Shown here: positions 1 to 8,201 of the stretch, piece after piece
How positions within the stretch are numbered: position 1 is the first letter of the stretch
Layout: every line of letters starts with the position of its first letter
Virus record (IMG/VR): IMGVR_UViG_3300020172_001601
Location: 186,001-250,000 of that record
Direction: 5' to 3' (one strand)
Length of the DNA: 64,000 nucleotides
The notes under the pieces: model-generated
The model's input: the letters and a program-made list of their open reading frames with translations, nothing else
The model's database searches: none
Told to the model about the DNA's origin: nothing
Position numbers and translations under genes: made by a program

Positions 1-1
1 C

Positions 2-40
2 CCTAATCCTTGGTTCATTGGCGCACTCGATGACGAATAG
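2..40 (+). CDS. 3' end of a CDS entering from the left (...PNPWFIGALDDE*)
   Basis: Open frame from base 2 to TAG 38-40; carries the same WF/YxGAL motif as the next two ORFs. Confidence 0.55.
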   Translation, partial: PNPWFIGALDDE

Positions 41-302
41 GAGCGTGCATGATTCGTGGCCCGCCGCCGTGAATATGTAAAGCAAGATATAGTTTACTGA
101 AAACCCTTGCTTTGCAGCCTGCCTCACCAGCAGTAAGATTGCTGCCGGGGTTCCGATTAGATTTCCGAAAAGACTATTGAACATCACCCGATTCTGAGGA
201 ACCAATGACGAAGGCTCGTAGCCCTCCTGTTTCAGTTTGACTCCCATCATTGCTGAGGCCCAGGATTTCCGCTTCCTGGGCCTCTTTTACTTGCGAGAGA
301 TC

Positions 303-713
303 ATGTTCTCTTTGTTTCGTCTTCATCCCGATATGACAGGTCAATGGGAACAACTAATTACAGTTGATTCCTGGGAGCAGATGATTAGAGTTGTCGAACA
401 ATACTTTGACATTATTCAAGTTGTTGATGGCAATTGGTTGCCTGTTCCAAGTGATTACGAAACTGCGTTCAAGGACGAGCATGGCGATGTTTATGTCGTT
501 TATCGCATGATGCGGTCCCGATGGGACACAGATCGTTACTACGACGATTACTACGATGACATTGACAGGCAAACTCAACAAAGACGGGAATTAGAAAGAT
601 GGGAATACATCTTTCGCAATCCCGATCTCTTGATTAAGAAATACTGGCCGAAGCCAGCGTTGATCGAGGCAAATCGAAAAAACGAATGGTATGTTGGTGC
701 ATTGCATGATTGA
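303..713 (+). CDS. hypothetical protein ending KNEWYVGALHD
   Basis: Track ORF 237..713; ATG 303 taken as likelier start; stop overlaps ATG 706 of next ORF. Confidence 0.65.
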   Translation: MFSLFRLHPDMTGQWEQLITVDSWEQMIRVVEQYFDIIQVVDGNWLPVPSDYETAFKDEHGDVYVVYRMMRSRWDTDRYYDDYYDDIDRQTQQRRELERWEYIFRNPDLLIKKYWPKPALIEANRKNEWYVGALHD

Positions 714-936
714 ATTTGATGTTAAAGGCGATCAGTTGTACGCCTGCTACAGCGATGGCTCTTTCCCGGCATTCTTTGCACACGTTGCTTTGCCGGTTGT
801 GTTGACAGCGTTTCCAGATTCAAAAAACGAATGGTTTATTGGCGCACTGAGGGAGAGCGAAAATGAAAATGCGATACCACCTAGACAGGAAACAGGATGG
901 CCTTGTGGTGCTGGAAGCAGAGCCGCAACTGCGTAG
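706..936 (+). CDS. hypothetical protein containing KNEWFIGAL
   Basis: ATG coupled to previous stop; shares motif with neighbours; overlaps next gene by 74 nt. Confidence 0.5.
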   Translation: MIEFDVKGDQLYACYSDGSFPAFFAHVALPVVLTAFPDSKNEWFIGALRESENENAIPPRQETGWPCGAGSRAATA

Positions 937-1534
937 CATTTTCGTGTATAGCCAAACTCGCAATACAATTCGAGTCCCACTGCCGTACATTCTTTTCACT
1001 GTTCGATATGTGAAACTATCTTCGGGTAAGTTCTCATATCCTGGCATTTATGGTTCAGGACTCAGTGTATATGGGAACCTGAAGCCACTCGCCGATGTAT
1101 CCGATAATGTGGTGTATTTGCCTACTGACTATGCTTCCAATAAAGGGCTGGTTTGCACTGAACATAGTTCGGACAATAAGAAGTTCAATACTGTGACTGA
1201 ATTGGTCAACTTCGTGGTGACGCATTGGTGGGGCCACCTTCACTATATTGACTATCAGCCGTTTGGTGCGACTGCATGGCAGGAAGCCAAGCTGGAGCAG
1301 ATTCCAAAGGGCAAATGGCAAAAGGCTGGCGACTTCCGCAGTGCATTGCTGGAGCCAAAGTCCTATGGCTCGCCAGAACAACGGTCTATTCCAATGGATG
1401 CCAAAGTTGTAGACCTGCAATGGCCTGCCACGTTGGAAATCACGCCGTTTGAGGGTCCAGCAGAGCCAGAAAAGCAAGAATCGGACCCGTATCGGTGCGA
1501 CTGCTACGATTGTCGGGTAGCACGAGGCGAATAA
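863..1534 (+). CDS. prokaryotic E2 family D-like protein (paralog of 44901..45506)
   Basis: LRSIFV..PLPYILF..LSVY..KPL..VVYLP..GLVC..VVTHWW pattern resembles Prok-E2_D; by-eye only. Confidence 0.45.
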   Translation: MKMRYHLDRKQDGLVVLEAEPQLRSIFVYSQTRNTIRVPLPYILFTVRYVKLSSGKFSYPGIYGSGLSVYGNLKPLADVSDNVVYLPTDYASNKGLVCTEHSSDNKKFNTVTELVNFVVTHWWGHLHYIDYQPFGATAWQEAKLEQIPKGKWQKAGDFRSALLEPKSYGSPEQRSIPMDAKVVDLQWPATLEITPFEGPAEPEKQESDPYRCDCYDCRVARGE

Positions 1535-1549
1535 AATTGGTCATCCGGC

Positions 1550-1578
1550 TTTACAAAGCCGGAAACCGATGGTAGAAT
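1550..1578 (+). promoter_or_regulatory. class I sigma70-type promoter
   Basis: TTTACA-N17-TAGAAT. Confidence 0.75.
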
Positions 1579-1633
1579 GATTGCGGTGAAGAATAGATAA
1601 TCGCAGTAACCCACAAGAATTTTGGAGAAAGCC

Positions 1634-1996
1634 ATGACTCACTAGGTATCAACTTCGACCCGCAAGAGCCACGTTTACATCTTTGTCCGTCGTGACTTGC
1701 CGCCAGCACAAATTGTTGTGCAGGCTTCGCACGCTGCTTTTGAAGCAGCCTCTCTTCGCACCCCTGAACTCGACCACCCGCATTTCGTCTTGCTTGGATT
1801 CCGTAATCAGCAAGAACTCGAACGGGCGCTTCGTCGTGTTCAATCTTCGGGGTTCCAGGTCTGCCCATTTTTCGAGGCCGACCGTGGTGACGAACTTACC
1901 GCTTTCGCCACCCAGCCCATTTTCGAGCATCAGCGTTCGTTTTTTCGCCGGTATAACTGCCTGAGCGACGATCTGCTGTTTTCTGGCTTCACATAG
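1634..1996 (+). CDS. Pth2-like peptidyl-tRNA hydrolase with in-frame TAG at codon 4 (1643-1645)
   Basis: GGAGA SD then ATG ACT CAC TAG; frame continues VSTSTRKSHVYIFVRRDLPPAQIVVQASHAAFEA (Pth2 VRxDL..Q..HAA motif) to ELTAFAT; no ATG/GTG/TTG in frame between 1646 and 1697. Confidence 0.7.
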
Positions 1997-2088
1997 GGCA
2001 AATCAAAAAATATATCCTCAGCCGAAGGTCCGTCCGTTGTATTGGACGCTGATCCCGGAGAGGGTGCGCACTTACAGGAAGCAATAGC

Positions 2089-3135
2089 ATGACAGAACCA
2101 TATAAGCGAATTCACGTCTCCACCTTTGAGGAATTCTTCAAGAGTGAAGACTGGCGAAGAAACTGGATCGCCACTAATCGTCCAGAGAATGAAGTACAAG
2201 CACATGATAAACGAATGTCCGACCGTGACGAAAAGAGAAAGGAATTCAGGAAGCGATTTCCGTTCACGGTAATTCTTCAAGGGGCATATCCAGAACACGA
2301 TTTTGTAAATCGTTGGTGTTGGCAGAACATTGGTCCGATGCAATGTGAAGAATGCCATGACTCATCATCGGAATATCCCGGTTGCCCGTTGGTATTGGCG
2401 ACCGAGTATATTCAAACTGGCTGGTATCACAATCAAGCTGGTCGAAGGGTGTATTGGTCTGAGAAGGCGTACATCGAAGAGAAAGTACCAAAACACAGCC
2501 ACGAAGGAACGTGGATGGGATATTGGTTAGGGAAGACCGGATACGACTATGGTTATAGTGAGTATTACTTTCAGAATGAATCAGATCGGGATAAGTTTCT
2601 CGCCGCAACCCCGATCTTTACCCTTGGCGAACGATACGAAAAGGAAAATGAGATGACTACGACAATGACCGCAGAGAAGGCCGTTCACCAAAGCAAATGG
2701 GGTTTTCACCCTATCAGCCGTGAGGCCAGCAAGAAGCTCCGCTTCATCAACGGAGTGTATGCAAAGGCACAGCACTTGGCTGGTGCCTGGGAGCGATGGG
2801 AACGCAAGCTGCCTGAGAACCGTGTGGTGAAGCGGGCAGTTAAGGGTGCCAATGGAATGAAGATCGGAACGGAAATCGTCAAGGATGCCGCTGGCAATCC
2901 TGTGCCGTGGAGTGAACCGCAAATTTGCTCTCTGTTCCATGAGAAGGTTCCGGGCCATGTGAAGTATGGCAGCTTTGTCCGTGGCTTTGCCAAGGATAAT
3001 GGCTTCGGTGACAAGATTCTGTTTGCCTCTCGTCAGGCACGAACTCCTGAGCCGACTCCTGAAGACGTGAAGCCCTTCCCCTTCACCGAGGAAGAGATTG
3101 ATCGCCTTTACGAGACGGCCAAGGCGTGGAAATAG
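2089..3135 (+). CDS. hypothetical protein, probably two fused domains (possible internal start 2653)
   Basis: 348-codon ORF; AGGA SD; internal AAGGA..ATG at 2653 in frame. Confidence 0.75.
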   Translation: MTEPYKRIHVSTFEEFFKSEDWRRNWIATNRPENEVQAHDKRMSDRDEKRKEFRKRFPFTVILQGAYPEHDFVNRWCWQNIGPMQCEECHDSSSEYPGCPLVLATEYIQTGWYHNQAGRRVYWSEKAYIEEKVPKHSHEGTWMGYWLGKTGYDYGYSEYYFQNESDRDKFLAATPIFTLGERYEKENEMTTTMTAEKAVHQSKWGFHPISREASKKLRFINGVYAKAQHLAGAWERWERKLPENRVVKRAVKGANGMKIGTEIVKDAAGNPVPWSEPQICSLFHEKVPGHVKYGSFVRGFAKDNGFGDKILFASRQARTPEPTPEDVKPFPFTEEEIDRLYETAKAWK

Positions 3136-3232
3136 TTGAACTTGGCGCTGGACGCCAATACCGAATTGCAGATTAACTTTCAAAGGTTTATCGGCAAGAT
3201 CGGAAGCCAAGCAGTCAGATATATCTGATTGT

Positions 3233-3265
3233 AAAGCCCACTGGTTATAACCAGTGGGCTTTTTT
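3233..3265. terminator. intrinsic terminator, perfect 30-bp palindrome
   Basis: AAAGCCCACTGGTTATAACCAGTGGGCTTT followed by TTT. Confidence 0.85.
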
Positions 3266-3341
3266 ATTTATCAGACTTGATCGACCTCGATATTTTGGAG
3301 ATATTGCCTATATCCAGCAGCCCATATCGGAGGTTTCAAAC

Positions 3342-3626
3342 ATGAACTTATTCCTGCCCGTCGTAAAGCCAGAAATTGGCGGCTCTCTTCAACAAGAGAT
3401 GGTCGAGAAAGCGAACGACCTCAAATACGTCAAGCAACAATTGCGGCGACTCGATACTGAAAATCCCACAGTTGCGTATTTTATACGCAACTTTGCGAAG
3501 ACGACAAAAGATAAAGTCGGTGCAGCATATTGTGGCCTGATTGTATATCGTTTGTTGGAAAGTCAGGCCGAGGCAAACCGAATGCACCAAGAAGAACTTG
3601 AAGCCGAACAATCGGTAATGAAATAA
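3342..3626 (+). CDS. hypothetical protein
   Basis: GGAGG SD, 94-aa ORF. Confidence 0.75.
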   Translation: MNLFLPVVKPEIGGSLQQEMVEKANDLKYVKQQLRRLDTENPTVAYFIRNFAKTTKDKVGAAYCGLIVYRLLESQAEANRMHQEELEAEQSVMK

Positions 3627-3671
3627 CAGGCTCTTTGGTCAAAAGGGTTCTCAAACCAGTAGATAGGTTAT

Positions 3672-4133
3672 GTGAAACTTTATGACCATCAAAGGAGCCA
3701 AATGGAAGCAGATGAGCGTACATTCGGGGAAAAAGTCAGCGATGCTGTCGCTAAATTTGGTGGCTCTTGGTGGTTCATAATCACAGGAGCCGTAGTGATC
3801 GCACTTTGGGTGACGATCAATATAGTTCCGTTTTTAGGTTGGATTAGATGGGACGATTATCCATTTATCCTACTGAACCTTTTCCTATCGCTAATCGCTG
3901 CGTTTCAAGCGCCATTTATCTTAATGGCACAACGCCGGTGCGAAATAAAACAAGACATGATATACCGGAGTCTTTTCCGGGAGATCAAAGAGCTTGTGGA
4001 GGCTGACTTGAGCCTGGAACACGAGATCATCGAAAAAAATATAAGCCTTGAAGCTGAATTGAAGGCCGTCCGTAGGGAACTACGGTCGGTCAAAAGGATG
4101 CTCCGTGGACTGATAAAGGAGAAGGGGGTCTGA
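3672..4133 (+). CDS. DUF1003 family membrane protein
   Basis: TFGEKVSDAVAKFGGSWWFI..DDYPFILLNLFLSLIAAFQAPFILMAQRR signature. Confidence 0.85.
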   Translation: MKLYDHQRSQMEADERTFGEKVSDAVAKFGGSWWFIITGAVVIALWVTINIVPFLGWIRWDDYPFILLNLFLSLIAAFQAPFILMAQRRCEIKQDMIYRSLFREIKELVEADLSLEHEIIEKNISLEAELKAVRRELRSVKRMLRGLIKEKGV

Positions 4134-4134
4134 A

Positions 4135-4163
4135 TTTACAACTCCAACATCCAGTGGTACAAT
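4135..4163 (+). promoter_or_regulatory. class I promoter, likely leaderless mRNA
   Basis: TTTACA-N17-TACAAT, ATG 5 nt later. Confidence 0.75.
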
Positions 4164-4168
4164 AAAGT

Positions 4169-5107
4169 ATGAGATACCGAGCGACTGCGACGATTGTGTG
4201 GGACTTCGACACACAATTACCGCATAACGAAGCCCAGGAGCTTGCGAACAAGCACCTGGGAGAATTTCCCAATCAGGATGGCCTCAACGACTTACGACTT
4301 GTAGTTCGCTTAGACAAACTCAAGGAGAAGGTCGAGAAGGTCAAACTTGGGGAATTCACAATCGAAGAAGTTATCCCCTTCATCACCAAAGAAGACAGTA
4401 AACGAGAATACGAGTACGAGGGAGCCAAGCACGCAGTCAGGATGAATTCTCACAGGTATTTCATATTCCGTGAGTGCATGACCTGTGTATCGTGTGGATT
4501 GCCTGGAACTCGAATGTTTTTGGAATGTCACCCTGCGGATAAAAGCCCCCACTTCAACCTATATGGCGAAGAAGATGGCAAGCTGATATTGATGACCAAG
4601 GACCATATTCACGCCAAGGCATTCGGTGGCGAAGACCGGCACTCCAATTACCAAACCATGTGTCTGGTATGCAACAACTTAAAAGGTCACTCCAATTTGA
4701 CCTTGGAGGGCGTTCGGGAACTGCGAAATGTCTATAATGAGAATAAGAACAAAGTCACCAAAAAGAAACTGCATTTGCTCATTGAAGAAACACGAGTAAA
4801 GCTGGAACAGCCCTGGCCTAGTGCGAAGCTATCCGGGACTCAGCGAAGGAAGCGGCTGGCGAAGATGAAGGCCACTGCTGATGCAGTAATGACTGCCTGC
4901 GACATTAACCTATATTCGGCTCAAAACATAGAGATATACGGCAAGTCTGTTTATGATGCAGTAGATGATGGCCACAAGCACGTTGGCTGCATTAAAAAGG
5001 GAACTTGTCTGGAGCCTCTGGTTGCGACTAAAGAAAAGGTGATGTGCAAATTGTTCGAGCATGATGTTGTGGTATTGCACCACAGTCTCGTTAAAGCAAA
5101 GGAATAG
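4169..5107 (+). CDS. HNH endonuclease-domain protein
   Basis: CVSC..LMTKDHIHAKAFGGEDRHSNYQTMCLVCNNLKG. Confidence 0.8.
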   Translation: MRYRATATIVWDFDTQLPHNEAQELANKHLGEFPNQDGLNDLRLVVRLDKLKEKVEKVKLGEFTIEEVIPFITKEDSKREYEYEGAKHAVRMNSHRYFIFRECMTCVSCGLPGTRMFLECHPADKSPHFNLYGEEDGKLILMTKDHIHAKAFGGEDRHSNYQTMCLVCNNLKGHSNLTLEGVRELRNVYNENKNKVTKKKLHLLIEETRVKLEQPWPSAKLSGTQRRKRLAKMKATADAVMTACDINLYSAQNIEIYGKSVYDAVDDGHKHVGCIKKGTCLEPLVATKEKVMCKLFEHDVVVLHHSLVKAKE

Positions 5108-5110
5108 GCA

Positions 5111-5674
5111 ATGCCTATCTCAATCAGAGGCGTCAGCGACCATTTCCCACTCAAAGAACTCCGAGTGATGCAGGATGATCTGCGTCATTGGGACACAATG
5201 AAAGAAATGGTCGCCTTCGTTAAGGAAGGTGGTTTCTGGACTCAGGAGTATCTTGAAAAATATTCCAAGAAAAAGAAACTAACCAGGGTTTCCCCTTTGA
5301 TTGCCATTTCTCGGTTCGAGGATGGCCTTGATTTTGTTCACGACGGACACCATCGGTGTGTCGCCACTTGGCTGGGTGGACGTGAATTCCTGATACCAGA
5401 AGAGTTTCAGATCACTCCCTGGGTATATGACGATTACCTGGATATTGCCCCACAAAACAACTGGTATACGCCATTTAACCCCAAAACCCACGTCCGCACC
5501 GCCGACTTTGCAAAGTTCAAAGCCGAGGCCAAGGAACGCTTCCAGAAGGACCAAAAAGAAGCTGTTGATTGGCTCTACGATCATCTTGATGATTTTCGTG
5601 CAGTTCGCACTATTAAGAATGTGCCGGAACTGGCTGCTATTATCAATAAACAAAAACGATTGGTGACACACTAA
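5111..5674 (+). CDS. ParB/Srx-like domain protein
   Basis: PLIAI..FVHDGHHRCVATWL motif. Confidence 0.55.
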   Translation: MPISIRGVSDHFPLKELRVMQDDLRHWDTMKEMVAFVKEGGFWTQEYLEKYSKKKKLTRVSPLIAISRFEDGLDFVHDGHHRCVATWLGGREFLIPEEFQITPWVYDDYLDIAPQNNWYTPFNPKTHVRTADFAKFKAEAKERFQKDQKEAVDWLYDHLDDFRAVRTIKNVPELAAIINKQKRLVTH

Positions 5675-5677
5675 ATA
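5671..5677 (+). promoter_or_regulatory. class III (late-type) motif CTAAATA
   Basis: Matches motif upstream of capsid-targeted genes. Confidence 0.4.
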
Positions 5678-5705
5678 TGAGTGCATGACTACTAAAGGAG
5701 GAGTA

Positions 5706-6308
5706 ATGGCACTCGAACAGTGGGAAATTGACCTTCGCCGACAACTAGAAGGTAAAGTCAACAACACCAAGCCGACACAAACTTGGGAAGAAAAACTGGT
5801 GGAAGAAATTCAACCTCTGCCTCGCAATACAGAAAAGCCGAAAGATACGAACAACACAATTGTAATGTTAGTGCTGCTCATTATCCTGGGCTGTGCTACG
5901 CTTTTTGCCTATGACGCCAAGAGTGGCGGCAGGATTCAATCCTGGTTTGCTTCATTAGGTACAAAATCAAGTGATGAGCCTATTGTTCAGCAACCTTCTG
6001 TAAGTGGCGGGCCGAATAACTACGACGCCGAGATTGCATCGTTGCGTTCTGATATTCAAAGAATAGACGCTGACAATAAAGCCAAGCTAGACAAGCTGAC
6101 CACTAAGGTTCAATGGAACAGTGATCGCTTGACCCTAATGGGCTTATTGTTAAACGAAAACTTCATGATTGTTCGCAACAACTACAACAAGGGTCACTTG
6201 ATATTTTTCAATCGTGATTGGACCCTCGATCAGATGCCGCACTATTTGGAACTATCGGATGACGACAAGGAATACTTGAAGAAGTTCGTAAAGCCAAGCG
6301 GTCAGTAA
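5706..6308 (+). CDS. single-pass membrane protein with coiled coil
   Basis: GGAGGAG SD; TM IVMLVLLIILGCATLFAY; track start 5685. Confidence 0.75.
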   Translation: MALEQWEIDLRRQLEGKVNNTKPTQTWEEKLVEEIQPLPRNTEKPKDTNNTIVMLVLLIILGCATLFAYDAKSGGRIQSWFASLGTKSSDEPIVQQPSVSGGPNNYDAEIASLRSDIQRIDADNKAKLDKLTTKVQWNSDRLTLMGLLLNENFMIVRNNYNKGHLIFFNRDWTLDQMPHYLELSDDDKEYLKKFVKPSGQ

Positions 6309-6991
6309 GCCTTGTAGCTTTTGCTTGGGCTGAAGCTCTTAACAGACAACATATCTTTCACGGCAGCAGCAATATACTCTGCCGTTAGGATTGCCATATC
6401 CTTGCAATTCCTTAAATCATGCACAATCTCTATTTGCATAGAATGCACATCAGGTTCAGGATACCATTTTCTGAATAGCTGATTCATGTTCGATCTGGCC
6501 CAGCCACTCATTGGTCCACCCTTCTTGCCCTCGAAGGCATTGATGCCAGACTCGTGCAATAAATGGCAAAGTAAATCCTTATGCCAGACTTCGCAGGTGT
6601 GGCTATTGGGAGCGCCTGCTCCATATCCGATTACCATGTCCATATCATCACCAGCAATTTTGCGGTGCCTGTTTCCCATTCCGTGGATGTGGTAAATGTA
6701 CACAGCCTCGTGGGTTTGCAGGATTCTGTTCTTATATCGCAAAATTGGGTCTAGGAACTCTTCCTTGACCACATCTTCATGGCAGTGGTTCACATCGTTG
6801 CAGTCGGCCTTGTCGAGCATATAATCGACCTCATCGGCCCGCTCCCAGCCTCTATTGATGACCGCATAAGCATTGATGCTCCTGGCGATATGCTCTGCGA
6901 CGATTGATGTATTTTCATCATTGTCATTGAAGCCGTGGGGAGCCACAATGATAATGGGCAGTTTCCCCGAAATGATGCTGACTCTTTCCAT
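6302..6991 (-). CDS. Zn-dependent hydrolase, N-formylglutamate amidohydrolase/PghP-like
   Basis: IIVAPHG..E, YHIHG, MQIEI motifs; GAGGAGG SD. Confidence 0.55.
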   Translation of the reverse strand: MERVSIISGKLPIIIVAPHGFNDNDENTSIVAEHIARSINAYAVINRGWERADEVDYMLDKADCNDVNHCHEDVVKEEFLDPILRYKNRILQTHEAVYIYHIHGMGNRHRKIAGDDMDMVIGYGAGAPNSHTCEVWHKDLLCHLLHESGINAFEGKKGGPMSGWARSNMNQLFRKWYPEPDVHSMQIEIVHDLRNCKDMAILTAEYIAAAVKDMLSVKSFSPSKSYKAY

Positions 6992-7044
6992 TTTTTGCCT
7001 CCTCGACCTTTTATATCGAAATATCTATCCCCACTCAATATGAG

Positions 7045-7434
7045 TTATGGGTTCGTAGGTAATTCTGGCAGCAAAGCACGAATCGCTTCAATTCCATATT
7101 CAGCAGCAGAGGCAAGCTGTTCGTCGTGATCGTCATAGTGCTTTACAGCCCCAATTTTCTTTAAGTATGGGCCTTTTGGTTCATGGTTGGTGAAATGGCA
7201 TTGCTTGATGGGTAGTTGATGATCTTTGATGAAGTCTTTGACTCTGACTCTGGTGCCGCCATTCTTGTTGATCCATTTCACAGACTCGTGTGCCTTGTTC
7301 CGAGCAGTCACGATATAGCACTTGAATCCCTCGGCAGCATATTTGTGAACAAGACCCATCATTACAAGATTAGGCGTTCCATCTTCCATGCAAAGGGTGT
7401 CATCAAAATCGAAGGTGACAATTGGCTTGGGCAT
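7045..7434 (-). CDS. HAD-superfamily phosphatase
   Basis: FDFDDTL (motif I), IVTAR (II), HYDD (IV). Confidence 0.8.
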   Translation of the reverse strand: MPKPIVTFDFDDTLCMEDGTPNLVMMGLVHKYAAEGFKCYIVTARNKAHESVKWINKNGGTRVRVKDFIKDHQLPIKQCHFTNHEPKGPYLKKIGAVKHYDDHDEQLASAAEYGIEAIRALLPELPTNP

Positions 7435-7445
7435 AAAGCTCCCCT

Positions 7446-7865
7446 TTATTGTTTAATTGTATTGTATTCTTTGTCTAACAGGATGGCATATTTTAACCAA
7501 TCCGGTGGGAGCAAAACATAACCTTGTGGAGATATTGAACCAGGAGTTTCGTCTTCCGGCAGAATGCCAGATTCTTTTGCTATTGAGCCGATCATAAGAC
7601 GTGCCTTTTGATCTCGCACCAGATACTCACTGCTGCCAGGAATTGGCGCTACAAACTTGGCTCCATATCCAATGAGCTTGTTCCAGTCGAACCCACCTTT
7701 TGGATAGAACTCAAACCGCATGTCGATCATGCCAACTTGTTGTCCAGGTACGCAAGGTAGCTCAAGTCCAGCAGCAATAAGCGCCGGACATGGTATGGTC
7801 ATGTCACCACTTACAGAGAAGTGGGGCATCTCGTCTAATCGTAGCCAATTCTTAAACTTCATCAT
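7446..7865 (-). CDS. hypothetical protein with capsid-targeting-like N-terminus (MMKFKNWLRLDE)
   Basis: ORF plus CTAAATA 5 nt upstream on minus strand. Confidence 0.75.
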   Translation of the reverse strand: MMKFKNWLRLDEMPHFSVSGDMTIPCPALIAAGLELPCVPGQQVGMIDMRFEFYPKGGFDWNKLIGYGAKFVAPIPGSSEYLVRDQKARLMIGSIAKESGILPEDETPGSISPQGYVLLPPDWLKYAILLDKEYNTIKQ

Positions 7866-7870
7866 GCGGT

Positions 7871-7877
7871 TATTTAG
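7871..7877 (-). promoter_or_regulatory. class III (late-type) motif CTAAATA
   Basis: 5 nt before ATG 7865, no SD. Confidence 0.65.
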
Positions 7878-7896
7878 GGTTTTTGAATTGAAATGT

Positions 7897-7903
7897 CTAA
7901 ATA
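7897..7903 (+). promoter_or_regulatory. class III (late-type) motif CTAAATA, divergent partner
   Basis: Upstream of small ORF 7937. Confidence 0.5.
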
Positions 7904-7936
7904 ATAGTCCAACCCTAAACAGGAGAAAGGTGGTTA

Positions 7937-8116
7937 ATGCAAAAAGGTTCAGTTAATAGTCCCATCCGTATAGATTTATCCGAAAAAGCACCGGATGAGA
8001 TAGCTGAATATCTGCAAGCCCTCCTTGCTATCCGCTATGCCCTGCACAAAAAGGGCCTCAAATTGAAAATTGACCGCCGCCCACGGCCCGCCAAGGTCAA
8101 AATTACTCCCGCTTGA
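7937..8116 (+). CDS. small basic protein, 59 aa (below track cut-off)
   Basis: AGGAGAAAGG SD; MQKGSVNSPIRIDLSEKAPDEIAEYLQALLAIRYALHKKGLKLKIDRRPRPAKVKITPA*. Confidence 0.65.
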   Translation: MQKGSVNSPIRIDLSEKAPDEIAEYLQALLAIRYALHKKGLKLKIDRRPRPAKVKITPA

Positions 8117-8133
8117 GTTTTTCAAAATCGCAT

Positions 8134-8161
8134 TGAACCAAAGCGATTTTCGCTCTCTAGG
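8134..8161 (+). promoter_or_regulatory. class II motif
   Basis: TGAACC-N13-CTCTCTAGG. Confidence 0.6.
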
Positions 8162-8201
8162 TTTGTGAACACTCTTTTCACAACTCACCGAGAGGTCCAT
8201 C

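Noticed and set aside
4960-4985. DDGHKH in the HNH protein as a DGQH(R/K)H variant
   Set aside because: Missing Gln and internal to a domain; chance match likely.
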